This document shows, one piece after another, positions 30,853-39,734 of a stretch of 64,000 nucleotides of DNA. A model generated the notes under the pieces. It made no database searches, was not told the origin of the DNA, and was given only the letters and a program-made list of their open reading frames with translations. Numbering within the stretch: the first letter of the stretch is position 1; each line of letters starts with the position of its first letter. The position numbers were made by a program, and so were the translations under genes. Source of the DNA: Oxalobacter sp. (lineage in GTDB: Bacteria; Pseudomonadota; Gammaproteobacteria; Burkholderiales; Burkholderiaceae_D); NCBI GenBank assembly GCA_003605115.1, contig QZKY01000016.1, forward strand, positions 109,776 through 173,775, read 5' to 3'.

Positions 30853-30901
30853 CGTATCATGACGGCTGAACGGGAGACGCAAAGCTTTAAGGGAGTCACG
30901 G

Positions 30902-31726
30902 ATGAGTGAGTTCGGTACGTGGAATGCAGTTCCGGTGATCCGATGGCGTGATGGTCGCAGCGAATCTGTTTTGGACGATGTCGCCGCAGAAGTGCCGGTG
31001 GCGCTGGAATACAATGGCATTTCGCACGCGGTGATGCTGGCCACACCTGCCGACCTGGAAGACTTTGCACTCGGGTTTTCGCTGACCGAAGGCATTTTGC
31101 AATCTCCGTCAGAATTGTACGGATGCGAGTTGGTTGGTGACAGCAACGGGATTCGCGTCATCATGGACATTTCCAGCGAACGCATGTTCGCCCTTAAGGA
31201 GCGTCGTCGCACATTGGCGGGACGCACGGGTTGTGGCTTGTGCGGTACCGAAACCCTCCCGCAGGCAATACGCATTCCTCCTCCGGTCAACAGTCGCGCG
31301 TCTTTCAGCGCGGATGTGCTGCATGCCGGGTTCACGCAAATGGAAAGCCTGCAAAGCTTGCAGAAAGTGACGGGCGCAACGCACGCGGCCGCATGGCTTG
31401 CAGCGGATGGCAAAGTGACGCTTTTGCGAGAAGACATCGGTCGTCACAATGCGCTGGACAAGCTGATCGGCGCACTGCATCGCACGAAAACGGACATTGC
31501 AACCGGTGCGGCGATCGTCACCAGTCGCGCGAGTTATGAAATGGTGCAAAAGGCTGCAAGTGCAGGCATCGGGATTCTGGCAGCAGTATCCGCGCCGACG
31601 GCATTGGCCATTCGGCTTGCTGAACAAACCGGGGTAAGCTTGGCGGGTTTTGTGCGCGCGCACAGCCACGTGGTGTATGCTAATCCAGAAAAATTATTTG
31701 AGCAAAAGAGCTCTGAAAAAACTTGA
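30902..31726 (+). CDS. fdhD: formate dehydrogenase accessory sulfurtransferase FdhD
   Basis: GRTGCGLCG conserved Cys loop, HAAAW, DIGRHNALDKLIG and SRASYEMVQKA blocks. Confidence 0.9.
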   Translation: MSEFGTWNAVPVIRWRDGRSESVLDDVAAEVPVALEYNGISHAVMLATPADLEDFALGFSLTEGILQSPSELYGCELVGDSNGIRVIMDISSERMFALKERRRTLAGRTGCGLCGTETLPQAIRIPPPVNSRASFSADVLHAGFTQMESLQSLQKVTGATHAAAWLAADGKVTLLREDIGRHNALDKLIGALHRTKTDIATGAAIVTSRASYEMVQKAASAGIGILAAVSAPTALAIRLAEQTGVSLAGFVRAHSHVVYANPEKLFEQKSSEKT

Positions 31727-31753
31727 GCAAGAGATATATTCAAGGAGAGAGAA

Positions 31754-32443
31754 ATGGCAAACAATGTTTCAAAAATCGTTGATGACGTGATTCAAAGCCG
31801 GAGATCGATTCGCGCATTTCGCCCCGATCCGGTTTCGCAGGATGCGATCCAGCAGATTCTCGAAGTAGCTTCTCGCGCCGTATCGGCCGGCAACATGCAG
31901 CCCTGGCGCGTGTATGTGTTGACAGGCGCAAGTCTCAAACGCGTGGTGGATGCGGTGTGTCAGGCGTTTGACACCGAGCCGGAAAAACACACAAGCGAAT
32001 ACGAATATTTGCCGAAGAAAAATTTTGAACCATATTTGTCGCGTCGCAGGAAAATCGGCCTGGCCATGTATTCACTGCTCGGCATTGAAAGAGGTGATGC
32101 GGAACGCATGCGCTTGCAACACCGTCGCAATTTTGAATTTTTCGGCGCGTCTGTGGGGCTGATATTCACCATGGATCGCAAATTGCCAGCGGCATGTTTT
32201 ATGGATCAAGGCGCTTTCTGGCAAAACATCATGATTGCCGCCAAAGCACGCGGTCTGGATACGTGCATGCAAACGATATGGAGTGATTATTGTCGCATCG
32301 TCACGCGGGAGTTGAATCTGGGTGAAGACGAAATGATGCTCGGGGGGATGGCAATGGGTTACGCAGATCAGGACGCGCCAATCAATACATTGCTTCCTGA
32401 GCGGGTACCTGTGTCGGAGTTTGCGACCTTTGTACAGAAATAA
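31754..32443 (+). CDS. nitroreductase family protein
   Basis: The RRSIRAFRPDPV FMN-binding start and the SAGNMQPWR motif. Confidence 0.8.
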   Translation: MANNVSKIVDDVIQSRRSIRAFRPDPVSQDAIQQILEVASRAVSAGNMQPWRVYVLTGASLKRVVDAVCQAFDTEPEKHTSEYEYLPKKNFEPYLSRRRKIGLAMYSLLGIERGDAERMRLQHRRNFEFFGASVGLIFTMDRKLPAACFMDQGAFWQNIMIAAKARGLDTCMQTIWSDYCRIVTRELNLGEDEMMLGGMAMGYADQDAPINTLLPERVPVSEFATFVQK

Positions 32444-32473
32444 AACGTGCGCACTGCAAGCAGGTGTGCAGAA

Positions 32474-32505
32474 GCCCCGGCTGAATAAACGGCTGGGGTT
32501 TTTTG
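32474..32505 (+). terminator. rho-independent terminator after nitroreductase
   Basis: GCCCCGGC-TGAATAAAC-GGCTGGGGT followed by TTTTTGTT. Confidence 0.6.
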
Positions 32506-32645
32506 TTGTGACGCATGACATGCCGCCCGCCAGTGCGTTCGCCTGAAGCAAATGCGTAACAGTATTAAAATGTCGCCTTTGCGAGCGCACTGGAAGGCGC
32601 ACAAGGACAAAAACGCCCGCTTAATAATATTGCAAGATTGCACAC

Positions 32646-33710
32646 GTGACGGTCATCCCCATTCATCCTGCGAAACAAGCGCTTCCTCAAGCCGATTCTT
32701 TCGGCGGGATGCCGTGCGACCAGTTGGGACGATCCATTCGTGATTTACGCATCTCGGTAACAGATCGCTGCAATTTTCGTTGCACGTATTGCATGCCGAA
32801 GTCTGTGTTCAATCGCGGCTTTCGTTTTTTACCGCATGATGCCTTACTGACTTTTGAAGAGATCGAACGTTTGGCGCGTTTGTTGGTGGGGCAAGGCGTA
32901 CAAAAAATTCGGCTCACTGGTGGCGAGCCGCTCCTGCGACGGAACATCGAAAAATTGGTCGAGAAGCTCGCTGCTTTGCCGGGCGTTGAAGTGACAATGA
33001 CAACGAATGGATCGCGTCTGGCGCACATGGCGAAGACGCTCAAGGCAGCGGGTTTGCAGCGTGTAACCGTAAGCCTTGATGCGCTTGACGAAGATCTTTT
33101 TCAGGCAATGTCTGGTAGCGATTTTTCAGTCAAGGATGTGCTGGCCGGGATTGATGCCGCGGCAGAGGCGGGTTTGGGACCCGTCAATGTCAACATGGTG
33201 GTCAAGCGCGGCACCAATGATCATGCCATTTTGCCGATGGTGGAGCATTTCAGAAACAGTGGACACGTTTTGCGCTTCATTGAATTCATGGACGTCGGCA
33301 CGGCCAATGGATGGAAGCTCGATGAAGTGTTGCCATCGCGCGATGTCATCAACATGATCAATGCAGAAAATCCGGTGGAGCCGGTGAACCCAAAACATTT
33401 CAGCGAGGTTGCCAAACGCTGGCAGTATAAAGATGGCGCGGGTGAAATCGGCGTGATTTCTTCAGTGACGCAGGCGTTTTGTTCCCGATGCACGCGTCTG
33501 CGACTCTCACCGGAAGGCGGTCTCTACACCTGTCTGTTTGCGCAGGAAGGCTATTCACTGCGTGACTTGTTGCGCAACGGCGTCAGCGATACGGAACTCA
33601 GCAATGTCATTGCCGGAATCTGGCAACAACGCACAGATCGCTATTCGGAAATCCGTACTGACGACACAGCGGGGTTGAAAAAAGTCGAGATGTACTACAT
33701 TGGCGGGTGA
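32646..33710 (+). CDS. moaA: GTP 3',8-cyclase (molybdenum cofactor biosynthesis protein A)
   Basis: Radical-SAM CNFRCTYCMP, the C-terminal cluster CSRCTRLRLSPEGGLYTC and the GG C-terminus. GTG start as given in the track. Confidence 0.9.
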   Translation: MTVIPIHPAKQALPQADSFGGMPCDQLGRSIRDLRISVTDRCNFRCTYCMPKSVFNRGFRFLPHDALLTFEEIERLARLLVGQGVQKIRLTGGEPLLRRNIEKLVEKLAALPGVEVTMTTNGSRLAHMAKTLKAAGLQRVTVSLDALDEDLFQAMSGSDFSVKDVLAGIDAAAEAGLGPVNVNMVVKRGTNDHAILPMVEHFRNSGHVLRFIEFMDVGTANGWKLDEVLPSRDVINMINAENPVEPVNPKHFSEVAKRWQYKDGAGEIGVISSVTQAFCSRCTRLRLSPEGGLYTCLFAQEGYSLRDLLRNGVSDTELSNVIAGIWQQRTDRYSEIRTDDTAGLKKVEMYYIGG

Positions 33711-33728
33711 GGAATTCCCAAGAGAATT

Positions 33729-33804
33729 TGGCGCGCTCGGCGGGGATCGAACCCACAACCCCTGCCTTCGGAGGGCAGTACTCTATCCATTGAGCTACGA
33801 GCGC
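33729..33804 (-). tRNA. tRNA-Arg (anticodon CCG)
   Basis: The reverse complement GCGCTCGTAGCTCAATGGATAGAGTACTGCCCTCCGAAGGCAGGGGTTGTGGGTTCGATCCCCGCCGAGCGCGCCA folds as a cloverleaf. It has a 7-bp acceptor stem, anticodon loop CTCCGAA, T-loop GGTTCGATCC and an encoded CCA. Confidence 0.9.
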
Positions 33805-33962
33805 ATCGGTGAATCGCCGGGAATCCGGAGAAGCTGCGTATTTTACCTGATGTGCGGAACCCCGTGTAAGCGCAAGGGAACGCCAAACGAATCGTTTCGA
33901 GCAGTCAGCGGACACCGCGCAACGCAGCCATCTGAGCGTGCAGCAGGTTTGTCAGCGTTCCC

Positions 33963-35297
33963 TTAGGTCATGTCTTTCCGGGTAAGCGGCGGATTCCTGG
34001 CAAAGTATTTTCTGATACCTTTCAAAATGGCATCGGCCACCTGTTCCTGATAATCACCGCTGAGAAGTTTGGCTTCCTCTTCCGGATTCGAAATGAACGC
34101 CGTCTCGATCAAAATGCTGGGAATGTCTGGCGCTTTGAGAACTGCAAAGCCAGCCTGTTCAACGCGACCGCGATGCAAGGCGTTGATATCGCCGATTTCA
34201 CCCAGGACTTCTTTCCCGAGTTTCATGCTGTCCTTGATTTGAACGTCGGTGGAGAGATTGAGCAGTACCTTTCTGACATTGGCATCCAGTCCTTTCAGAT
34301 TGGTGCCCCCGATCAAATCCGCATCGTTTTCACGTTTCGCAAGTGCTGCGGCTGCTGCGGAGGAAGCGCCTTTTTCGGAGAGTGCGAACACGGAAGCGCC
34401 ACGCGCCTTTTTTTCAAAGAAGGCGTCAGCATGAATGGAAATGAAAAGATCCGCTTTGGCGGCTTCAGCTTTTTTGACGCGCTCGCCCAGTGGTACAAAG
34501 TAATCGCCCGTTCGCGTCATGAGGACACGCATCTTAAGATTAGGATCTTGCTCGATTTTGGCTTTCAAACGGCGCGCAATGGAAAGCACGATATCTTTCT
34601 CGCGACTGCCGCGTCGGCCAATCGCGCCCGGATCTTCTCCACCATGACCGGGATCCAGCACGATGGTGATCATGGAGTTCGTATGAAGCTTGCTGACGGT
34701 TTGCCCCCCAGACTTTGGTGCCATGCGAATGACTTGCGGGTTGTTCTGCGTTTGCGCGACGGGATTACCTGTTTGTGGCGAAGCAAGGGCATCTTTTTTT
34801 GGCGCCCCTTTTTCCAGTAGGGCTGCAATTGGGTCGTGCGGGATGACGGGATGGAGATCCAGGAGCAGACGGTGGCGGTATTCACCAACAGGAAGGAGAC
34901 TGAAAATTTGCGGCTTGATGGGAGCCTTCAGTTCAAATACCAGGCGAACCACGCGCGGTCGGTTTTGTCCAACGCGCACCTGTTTGATGTGAGGGTCATC
35001 CGATTGGATATGCGAGGGGAATTGCCTGAGCGCGTCGTTGATTTCCAGACCTTCAACATCAACGACGAGACGTTCCGGGTTTTTCAACAAAAAGTGATTG
35101 GCTTTCAGCGGGGTCTTGTTTTCCAACGCCACGCGCGTGTACTCCGGTGCGGGCCAGATACGTACATTGACGGATTTCGTGGCGTGCGCCAGCGCAGGCA
35201 GGAAAGCGGCGACAAAAAAGAGGGCGCACGCCTTCAGAATGGATTGGCGAAAAACGGTTTTCACAGATTCGGTGCGAAATCGAGGCGTTTCAGGCAT
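33963..35297 (-). CDS. amiC: N-acetylmuramoyl-L-alanine amidase (AMIN domain + amidase_3)
   Basis: An N-terminal AMIN-like segment (VRIWPAPEYTRVALE...RLVVDVEG). The catalytic domain shows IVLDPGHGGEDPGA and ISIHADA. ATG 35297 (MPETPRF...) was chosen, so the gene overlaps the tsaE 3' end. Confidence 0.85.
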   Translation of the reverse strand: MPETPRFRTESVKTVFRQSILKACALFFVAAFLPALAHATKSVNVRIWPAPEYTRVALENKTPLKANHFLLKNPERLVVDVEGLEINDALRQFPSHIQSDDPHIKQVRVGQNRPRVVRLVFELKAPIKPQIFSLLPVGEYRHRLLLDLHPVIPHDPIAALLEKGAPKKDALASPQTGNPVAQTQNNPQVIRMAPKSGGQTVSKLHTNSMITIVLDPGHGGEDPGAIGRRGSREKDIVLSIARRLKAKIEQDPNLKMRVLMTRTGDYFVPLGERVKKAEAAKADLFISIHADAFFEKKARGASVFALSEKGASSAAAAALAKRENDADLIGGTNLKGLDANVRKVLLNLSTDVQIKDSMKLGKEVLGEIGDINALHRGRVEQAGFAVLKAPDIPSILIETAFISNPEEEAKLLSGDYQEQVADAILKGIRKYFARNPPLTRKDMT

Positions 35298-35749
35298 TGC
35301 GTTCCCTTGTCTGTCAATGCGCTTAATTCTATCTGACGTCCCGTGCCAGAGGCCGTCAAAACAAGCGTGATGTCGGGTTGCGGCAACAGGGTGCCGCCAT
35401 TCTCCGGCCATTCGACGATACAAATGTTCGCGCCATTGAAGTGATCGCGGAATCCGGCATCCACGAACTCTTCGGCGCTTTTCATCCGGTAGAGGTCGAA
35501 ATGGAAGAGTTCGACAGGTTGGCCGTTCAGCGTGAGAGCGTAAGGTTCACACAGGGTGTAAGTCGGGCTTTTGACGTGCCCCTGATGTCCGGCGGCATGC
35601 AGCAGTGCGCGCGCCAAGGTGGTTTTCCCCGCCCCGAGTTCACCGCGCAGATAGATGGCCAGTCCCGGCACGAGCACGCGGGCGAGCGAGACACCCAGTG
35701 CCAGGGTGCCGGCTTCTTCGTGCAGCGAGAATTTCAGGTGGTGCGTCAT
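35261..35749 (-). CDS. tsaE: tRNA t6A37 biosynthesis ATPase TsaE
   Basis: P-loop GELGAGKTTLARALL and SPTYTL, with the typical ~160 aa size. Confidence 0.85.
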   Translation of the reverse strand: MTHHLKFSLHEEAGTLALGVSLARVLVPGLAIYLRGELGAGKTTLARALLHAAGHQGHVKSPTYTLCEPYALTLNGQPVELFHFDLYRMKSAEEFVDAGFRDHFNGANICIVEWPENGGTLLPQPDITLVLTASGTGRQIELSALTDKGTQCLKRLDFAPNL

Positions 35750-35800
35750 CGGATAGAATGAAGTTTGTTCACCTTCGAATTATGCGCCAAATTCTCTGAC

Positions 35801-36886
35801 ATGGCATTAGCCGACTTAACCGAACTGACACGTAGCATCAAAGCCTGGGGACGCGATCTGGGCTTCGCGGACATCCGCATCGCCGATGTCCACTTGCCCG
35901 ATGCCGAAGCCGGTCTGCAAGCCTGGCTGGCGGCGGGGCGACATGGCGAGATGGCGTACATGGCCAATCACGGCATGATGCGGGCGCGCCCCACCGAATT
36001 GGTGCCGGGAGCGCAGTGCGTGATTGTGGCAAGAATGGATTATTTGCCGCTGGGGGCGGAAAAAAATTGGCGCGAACAGGAGCAGGCACGCTTGCGCGAC
36101 CCGATGGCAGCAACGGTATCAGTGTATGCGCGGGGTCGCGACTATCACCGGGTGCTCCGCTCCCGTTTGCAGCAATTGGCAGACCGCATCACGGAAGCCG
36201 TTGGTAAGTTTACTTATCGCGTATTTACGGATTCGGCGCCTGTCATGGAAGTGGCGCTTGCGGCGAAATCGGGGCTGGGCTGGCGCGGCAAACATACGCT
36301 CTTGCTTCAACGCGATGCCGGATCGATGTTCTTCCTAGGTGAGATTCTCGTGGATTTGCCCTTGCCGCCGGATGCAACGGAAGGCGAACATTGCGGGCGT
36401 TGCCGCGCCTGCATCAGCATTTGTCCGACGCAAGCTATTACCGCGCCGTACCAACTGGATGCGCGTCGCTGCATTTCTTACCTGACCATCGAGCATCCGG
36501 GCAGTATTCCCGAAGCCTTGCGCCCTTTGATGGGGAACCACATCTACGGTTGCGATGATTGCCAGTTGATTTGTCCGTGGAACCGTTTTGCCAAAACGGC
36601 CGTCGTGCCAGATTTTGATGTGCGCAATGGACTGGATCGCGGCAGCCTGGTCGATTTATTTTCATGGGATCAGGCAGCGTTTGAGCAAGGCCTTGAGGGG
36701 AGTCCGATCCGGCGCATTGGCCACGAACGGTGGTTGCGAAATATTGCGGTGGCGCTCGGAAATGCCTTGCGTGAGCTGAAGCGAAAAGGGGGCGACGTTT
36801 CTCAAATTGTGACAGCCTTGCAAGCGCGAGCCGATCACCCTTCAGCCTTGGTGCGCGAACATGTACAGTGGGCGCTGGTGCAGTAA
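35801..36886 (+). CDS. queG: epoxyqueuosine reductase
   Basis: CGRCRACISICPTQAI and YGCDDCQLICPWN FeS motifs. ATG 35801 is preferred over the track's TTG 35765. Confidence 0.85.
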   Translation: MALADLTELTRSIKAWGRDLGFADIRIADVHLPDAEAGLQAWLAAGRHGEMAYMANHGMMRARPTELVPGAQCVIVARMDYLPLGAEKNWREQEQARLRDPMAATVSVYARGRDYHRVLRSRLQQLADRITEAVGKFTYRVFTDSAPVMEVALAAKSGLGWRGKHTLLLQRDAGSMFFLGEILVDLPLPPDATEGEHCGRCRACISICPTQAITAPYQLDARRCISYLTIEHPGSIPEALRPLMGNHIYGCDDCQLICPWNRFAKTAVVPDFDVRNGLDRGSLVDLFSWDQAAFEQGLEGSPIRRIGHERWLRNIAVALGNALRELKRKGGDVSQIVTALQARADHPSALVREHVQWALVQ

Positions 36887-36932
36887 TGGAATAGAATCAA
36901 TCTAGCGACACAATCGTTTTTGGAGTGAGTGA

Positions 36933-37439
36933 ATGCCCTTGTCGAAGTTTCATGATGCGCATTTTGATGCCATTGTTCTAGCGCCATTTGGCGCGGTGGG
37001 CATTCGCACGGAAGGCAAGGCCATTGCTGGCGTGGCGTTTTTGCCGCCACCCACCAAAGCCAGATCTCCAACCAATCTACTGGCGGCCGAGGCGGCGAAG
37101 CAAGTGACGCAATATCTGGCGGATTCCCATTTTCGTTTTGCGCTCCCGCTTACTGAGGCGGGAACGCCGTTTCAACGCAAGGTGTGGCAGCAGATTGCCG
37201 CTATCGAATCTGGCAAGACAAACACTTACGGCGGCATCGCCAAACGCATTCGTACCGCGCCGCGCGCTGTTGGGCAAGCTTGTGGCGCGAATCCTTATCC
37301 ACTGGTGACGCCCTGTCATCGCGTGGTGTCGGCATCCGGTGGTCTCGGCGGATTTTCAGGAAGCGTGGCAGATAAAAATTTTCTCTTGCAAGTCAAGCGC
37401 TGGTTGCTGGCGCATGAAGGCATAGAGGACTTTGCATGA
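36933..37439 (+). CDS. ogt: methylated-DNA--protein-cysteine methyltransferase
   Basis: Active site PCHRVV and TPFQRKVWQQI. Confidence 0.85.
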   Translation: MPLSKFHDAHFDAIVLAPFGAVGIRTEGKAIAGVAFLPPPTKARSPTNLLAAEAAKQVTQYLADSHFRFALPLTEAGTPFQRKVWQQIAAIESGKTNTYGGIAKRIRTAPRAVGQACGANPYPLVTPCHRVVSASGGLGGFSGSVADKNFLLQVKRWLLAHEGIEDFA

Positions 37440-38344
37440 CCACAGACAATCAATCCTTGATCGATCATTTTTGCGAAGCCTTGTGGCTGGAAGATGGTCT
37501 CGCGCAAAACACTCTGGAAGCCTATCGTCGCGATTTGCGCTTGTTTGCAACTTGGCTGGATGCAGAACAAAAAAGCGAACCCACCAAAACCTTGCTGGAG
37601 GTGACCGCAAGCGATTTGAATGCCTACTTCGCGGCAAAGCATCCGACTTCCAAGGCCAGTTCTTCCAACCGACGGCTCGCCGTACTCAAGCGTTTTTACC
37701 AGCATGCCTTGCGACAGAATAGAATCACGGTCGATCCATGCTTGCAAATGAAATCGGCCAAGCAGTCACAGCGTTTCCCGAAAACGCTTTCTGAATCGCA
37801 GGTGGAAGCCTTGTTGGCGGCACCCGACATCAACACGCCCTTGGGGCTGCGCGACCGCACGATGCTGGAATTGATGTACGCGAGCGGATTGCGCGTTTCA
37901 GAATTGGTGCTGATCAAGCCGGTGGAAATCGGTATGAAAGAAGGGGTCTTGCGCATTACCGGCAAAGGCAACAAGACGCGTTTGGTGCCATTCGGCGAAG
38001 TCGCACACAGCTGGATGGAGCGTTATCTGAAAGAAGCGCGCGGTGCGATTCTTGATGGCAAGCAAACGGACGCGCTATTTGTGACAGCGCGTGGAGGGCC
38101 AATGACGCGACAAATGTTTTGGACGCTGGTAAAAAAACATGCGCGCGTGGCGGGCATACACGCACCCCTGTCACCACATACGTTGCGCCACGCATTTGCA
38201 ACGCACTTGCTCAATCATGGCGCGGATTTGCGCGTGGTGCAATTGTTGCTTGGTCACGCGGATATTTCGACTACGCAAATTTACACACACGTTGCGCGCG
38301 AGCGGCTCAAGAAGCTGCACGCCGAGCATCATCCGCGCGGATAG
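37436..38344 (+). CDS. xerD: site-specific tyrosine recombinase XerD
   Basis: RDRTMLELMYASGLRVSEL and HTLRHAFATHLLNHGADLRVVQLLLGHADISTTQIYTHV (R-H-R-Y catalytic set). ATGA overlap with ogt. Confidence 0.9.
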   Translation: MTTDNQSLIDHFCEALWLEDGLAQNTLEAYRRDLRLFATWLDAEQKSEPTKTLLEVTASDLNAYFAAKHPTSKASSSNRRLAVLKRFYQHALRQNRITVDPCLQMKSAKQSQRFPKTLSESQVEALLAAPDINTPLGLRDRTMLELMYASGLRVSELVLIKPVEIGMKEGVLRITGKGNKTRLVPFGEVAHSWMERYLKEARGAILDGKQTDALFVTARGGPMTRQMFWTLVKKHARVAGIHAPLSPHTLRHAFATHLLNHGADLRVVQLLLGHADISTTQIYTHVARERLKKLHAEHHPRG

Positions 38345-38353
38345 GAATATTGT

Positions 38354-38376
38354 AAAAATAGGGTCAGAGTCAAATT
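38354..38376. repeat. REP family 1 half-element (left arm only)
   Basis: AAAAATAGGGTCAGAGTCAAATT. Its exact inverse complement is found at 39325-39347. Confidence 0.6.
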
Positions 38377-38435
38377 AAAAAATGGGAGCAGTGTTTTTTA
38401 CGCGAAGCGCAAATTACGCTGTCCCACTTTTTAAA
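38377..38435. repeat. REP-like palindromic element, family 1 (variant)
   Basis: AAAAAATGGGAGCAGTGTTTTTTACGCGAAGCGCAAATTACGCTGTCCCACTTTTTAAAA. Confidence 0.6.
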
Positions 38436-38474
38436 AGCGCGCGACGTTTTTAAAGCTACGCCGCACCATTTTCA

Positions 38475-38651
38475 TCATTCTGCTTTGGCGATCAATGTCC
38501 AATCTTTGAGCGACAACAGGAAGCTGCCTGGTTTTTTATGTGATGTTGAAGCTGGCGCCGCCTGCGCATTTTTTGTTAGATAAGCGGTACCGCTGATGGC
38601 GGCAAACAGGGTGACAAAAGCGATTGTAGACACGAATTTTGAAGTCAACAT
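38475..38651 (-). CDS. candidate 58-aa secreted peptide
   Basis: ATG 38651 is preceded by GGAGATTTATC. Signal peptide MLTSKFVSTIAFVTLFAAISGTAYLTKNAQA/AP. Confidence 0.4.
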   Translation of the reverse strand: MLTSKFVSTIAFVTLFAAISGTAYLTKNAQAAPASTSHKKPGSFLLSLKDWTLIAKAE

Positions 38652-38804
38652 GATAAATCTCCATAAGCGTGAACATTCAATTTGAATGCACTTAACGACC
38701 AGCAACAACCGTGCCAAATGTCGTGTCTACAGCGGGGTGTGTGAAATGTGCCTGTATTGCCTGATGTGTGAAGGTGATGTGCGCGAGTGATGTGAGTTTA
38801 TCGA

Positions 38805-38839
38805 ATAAAAAAGACCTGGAAGCGTGCAGCTTGCAGGTC
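38805..38839 (-). terminator. rho-independent terminator downstream of the 138-aa secreted protein gene
   Basis: On the minus strand: GACCTGCAAGC-loop-GCTTCCAGGTC (one mismatch) followed by TTTTTTATT. Confidence 0.55.
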
Positions 38840-38882
38840 ACGGTGGTGCAAAGCATCCCTGTTTCGGGGCTTTGTCAAAAGA

Positions 38883-39299
38883 TCAAAAATTGATCACGCG
38901 GGGGCTCTCTTGCTTGTCAATCATGCGCTTATTGCGATCAAGCATGCGATCCAGGCGCTTGCGTTCATGCAGCGAGATATATTCATCATCCTGTTCTGCG
39001 CGGAGAAATTCCGTTTTGATTTTAGCGATGTTGTGCTTGAGTATTCGTCCTTCTTTCGTGGTCAGTGAACCATTGCGCAATTTTTCGTAAATGGTGCGCT
39101 CTTGTTCTTCGAGACGATGCTGGATGACGTAGGGTTTGGGCGGTTGCGCGCGACGCTGTTCATCACGATAATCTCCGCGACGATCACGATGATGCGTATC
39201 GCGATAGTTCCGCCTGTCTTCGTCAGTGTCGGCCTTGGCTGAGACGAGTGATAAAACCATCGCGCATCCCAATGTCGCCATCATCCATTTCTTTTTCAT
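38883..39299 (-). CDS. secreted hypothetical protein, charged/helical (paralog of 39344..39649)
   Basis: Signal peptide MKKKWMMATLGCAMVLSLVSAKA/DT, an R/D/H-rich linker, and a C-terminal helical region shared with the neighbouring gene. Confidence 0.6.
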   Translation of the reverse strand: MKKKWMMATLGCAMVLSLVSAKADTDEDRRNYRDTHHRDRRGDYRDEQRRAQPPKPYVIQHRLEEQERTIYEKLRNGSLTTKEGRILKHNIAKIKTEFLRAEQDDEYISLHERKRLDRMLDRNKRMIDKQESPRVINF

Positions 39300-39324
39300 T
39301 TCGCACTCCTTGCGGCATTAAAAT

Positions 39325-39347
39325 AATTTGACTCTGACCCTATTTAT
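39325..39347. repeat. REP family 1 half-element (right arm only)
   Basis: AATTTGACTCTGACCCTATTTAT is the reverse complement of 38354-38376. Confidence 0.6.
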
Positions 39348-39649
39348 TTTCGCTGTTTGCGGGAACGCTGATGCGCGATGGCGTTTTCGTACAGCATGCG
39401 GTTGAGTTTTTCAGTTTCGTAGTGGTTGATTTGACCATCGCTTTTGGCGCGTTTGAGTTCGGATTTGATGCGATCCAGATGCTGAAGCAAGACTTGTGCA
39501 TCGGATGGCTTCAGGAAACCGCTCTTGAGATCACTGACGATTTGATCTTGTTGCAATTGAATGCTGCTGGCGATTTCAGCGCGCGCCGCACTCGTTGTGA
39601 ACATGACCATCATGACCAGCGCTAACAGAAAGGATGCAAATTTTTTCAC
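39344..39649 (-). CDS. secreted hypothetical protein (paralog of 38883..39299)
   Basis: GTG 39649 is preceded by GAGGAGTGGGC. Signal peptide VKKFASFLLALVMMVMFTTSAARA/EI. It shares the pattern L+xGxL...IKxEhxRAxxDxxI...ExxxLxRML with the downstream gene. Confidence 0.55.
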   Translation of the reverse strand: MKKFASFLLALVMMVMFTTSAARAEIASSIQLQQDQIVSDLKSGFLKPSDAQVLLQHLDRIKSELKRAKSDGQINHYETEKLNRMLYENAIAHQRSRKQRK

Positions 39650-39734
39650 GCCCACTCCTCGGAGATTTTCACAGGCTATGAGTATGGCAAATGTGGCAGG
39701 AATTAAAGGCTCGAAAAGATTGGTAAAAGGGCGC

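Noticed and set aside
32511-32645. Possible Moco riboswitch in the 135-nt leader of moaA
   Set aside because: I could not recognise the conserved Moco-motif blocks or a convincing multi-stem structure by eye. A covariance-model scan (Rfam Moco_RNA_motif) is needed before any claim.
33607-33966. Track ORFs overlapping the tRNA-Arg gene and its flank
   Set aside because: They overlap a clear tRNA cloverleaf and have no RBS or recognisable domains.
37436-38344. Tyrosine recombinase as a marker of an integrated mobile element next to REP-flanked genes
   Set aside because: The sequence has full XerD signatures and is translationally coupled to ogt in a housekeeping context. It is not a phage- or ICE-type integrase.
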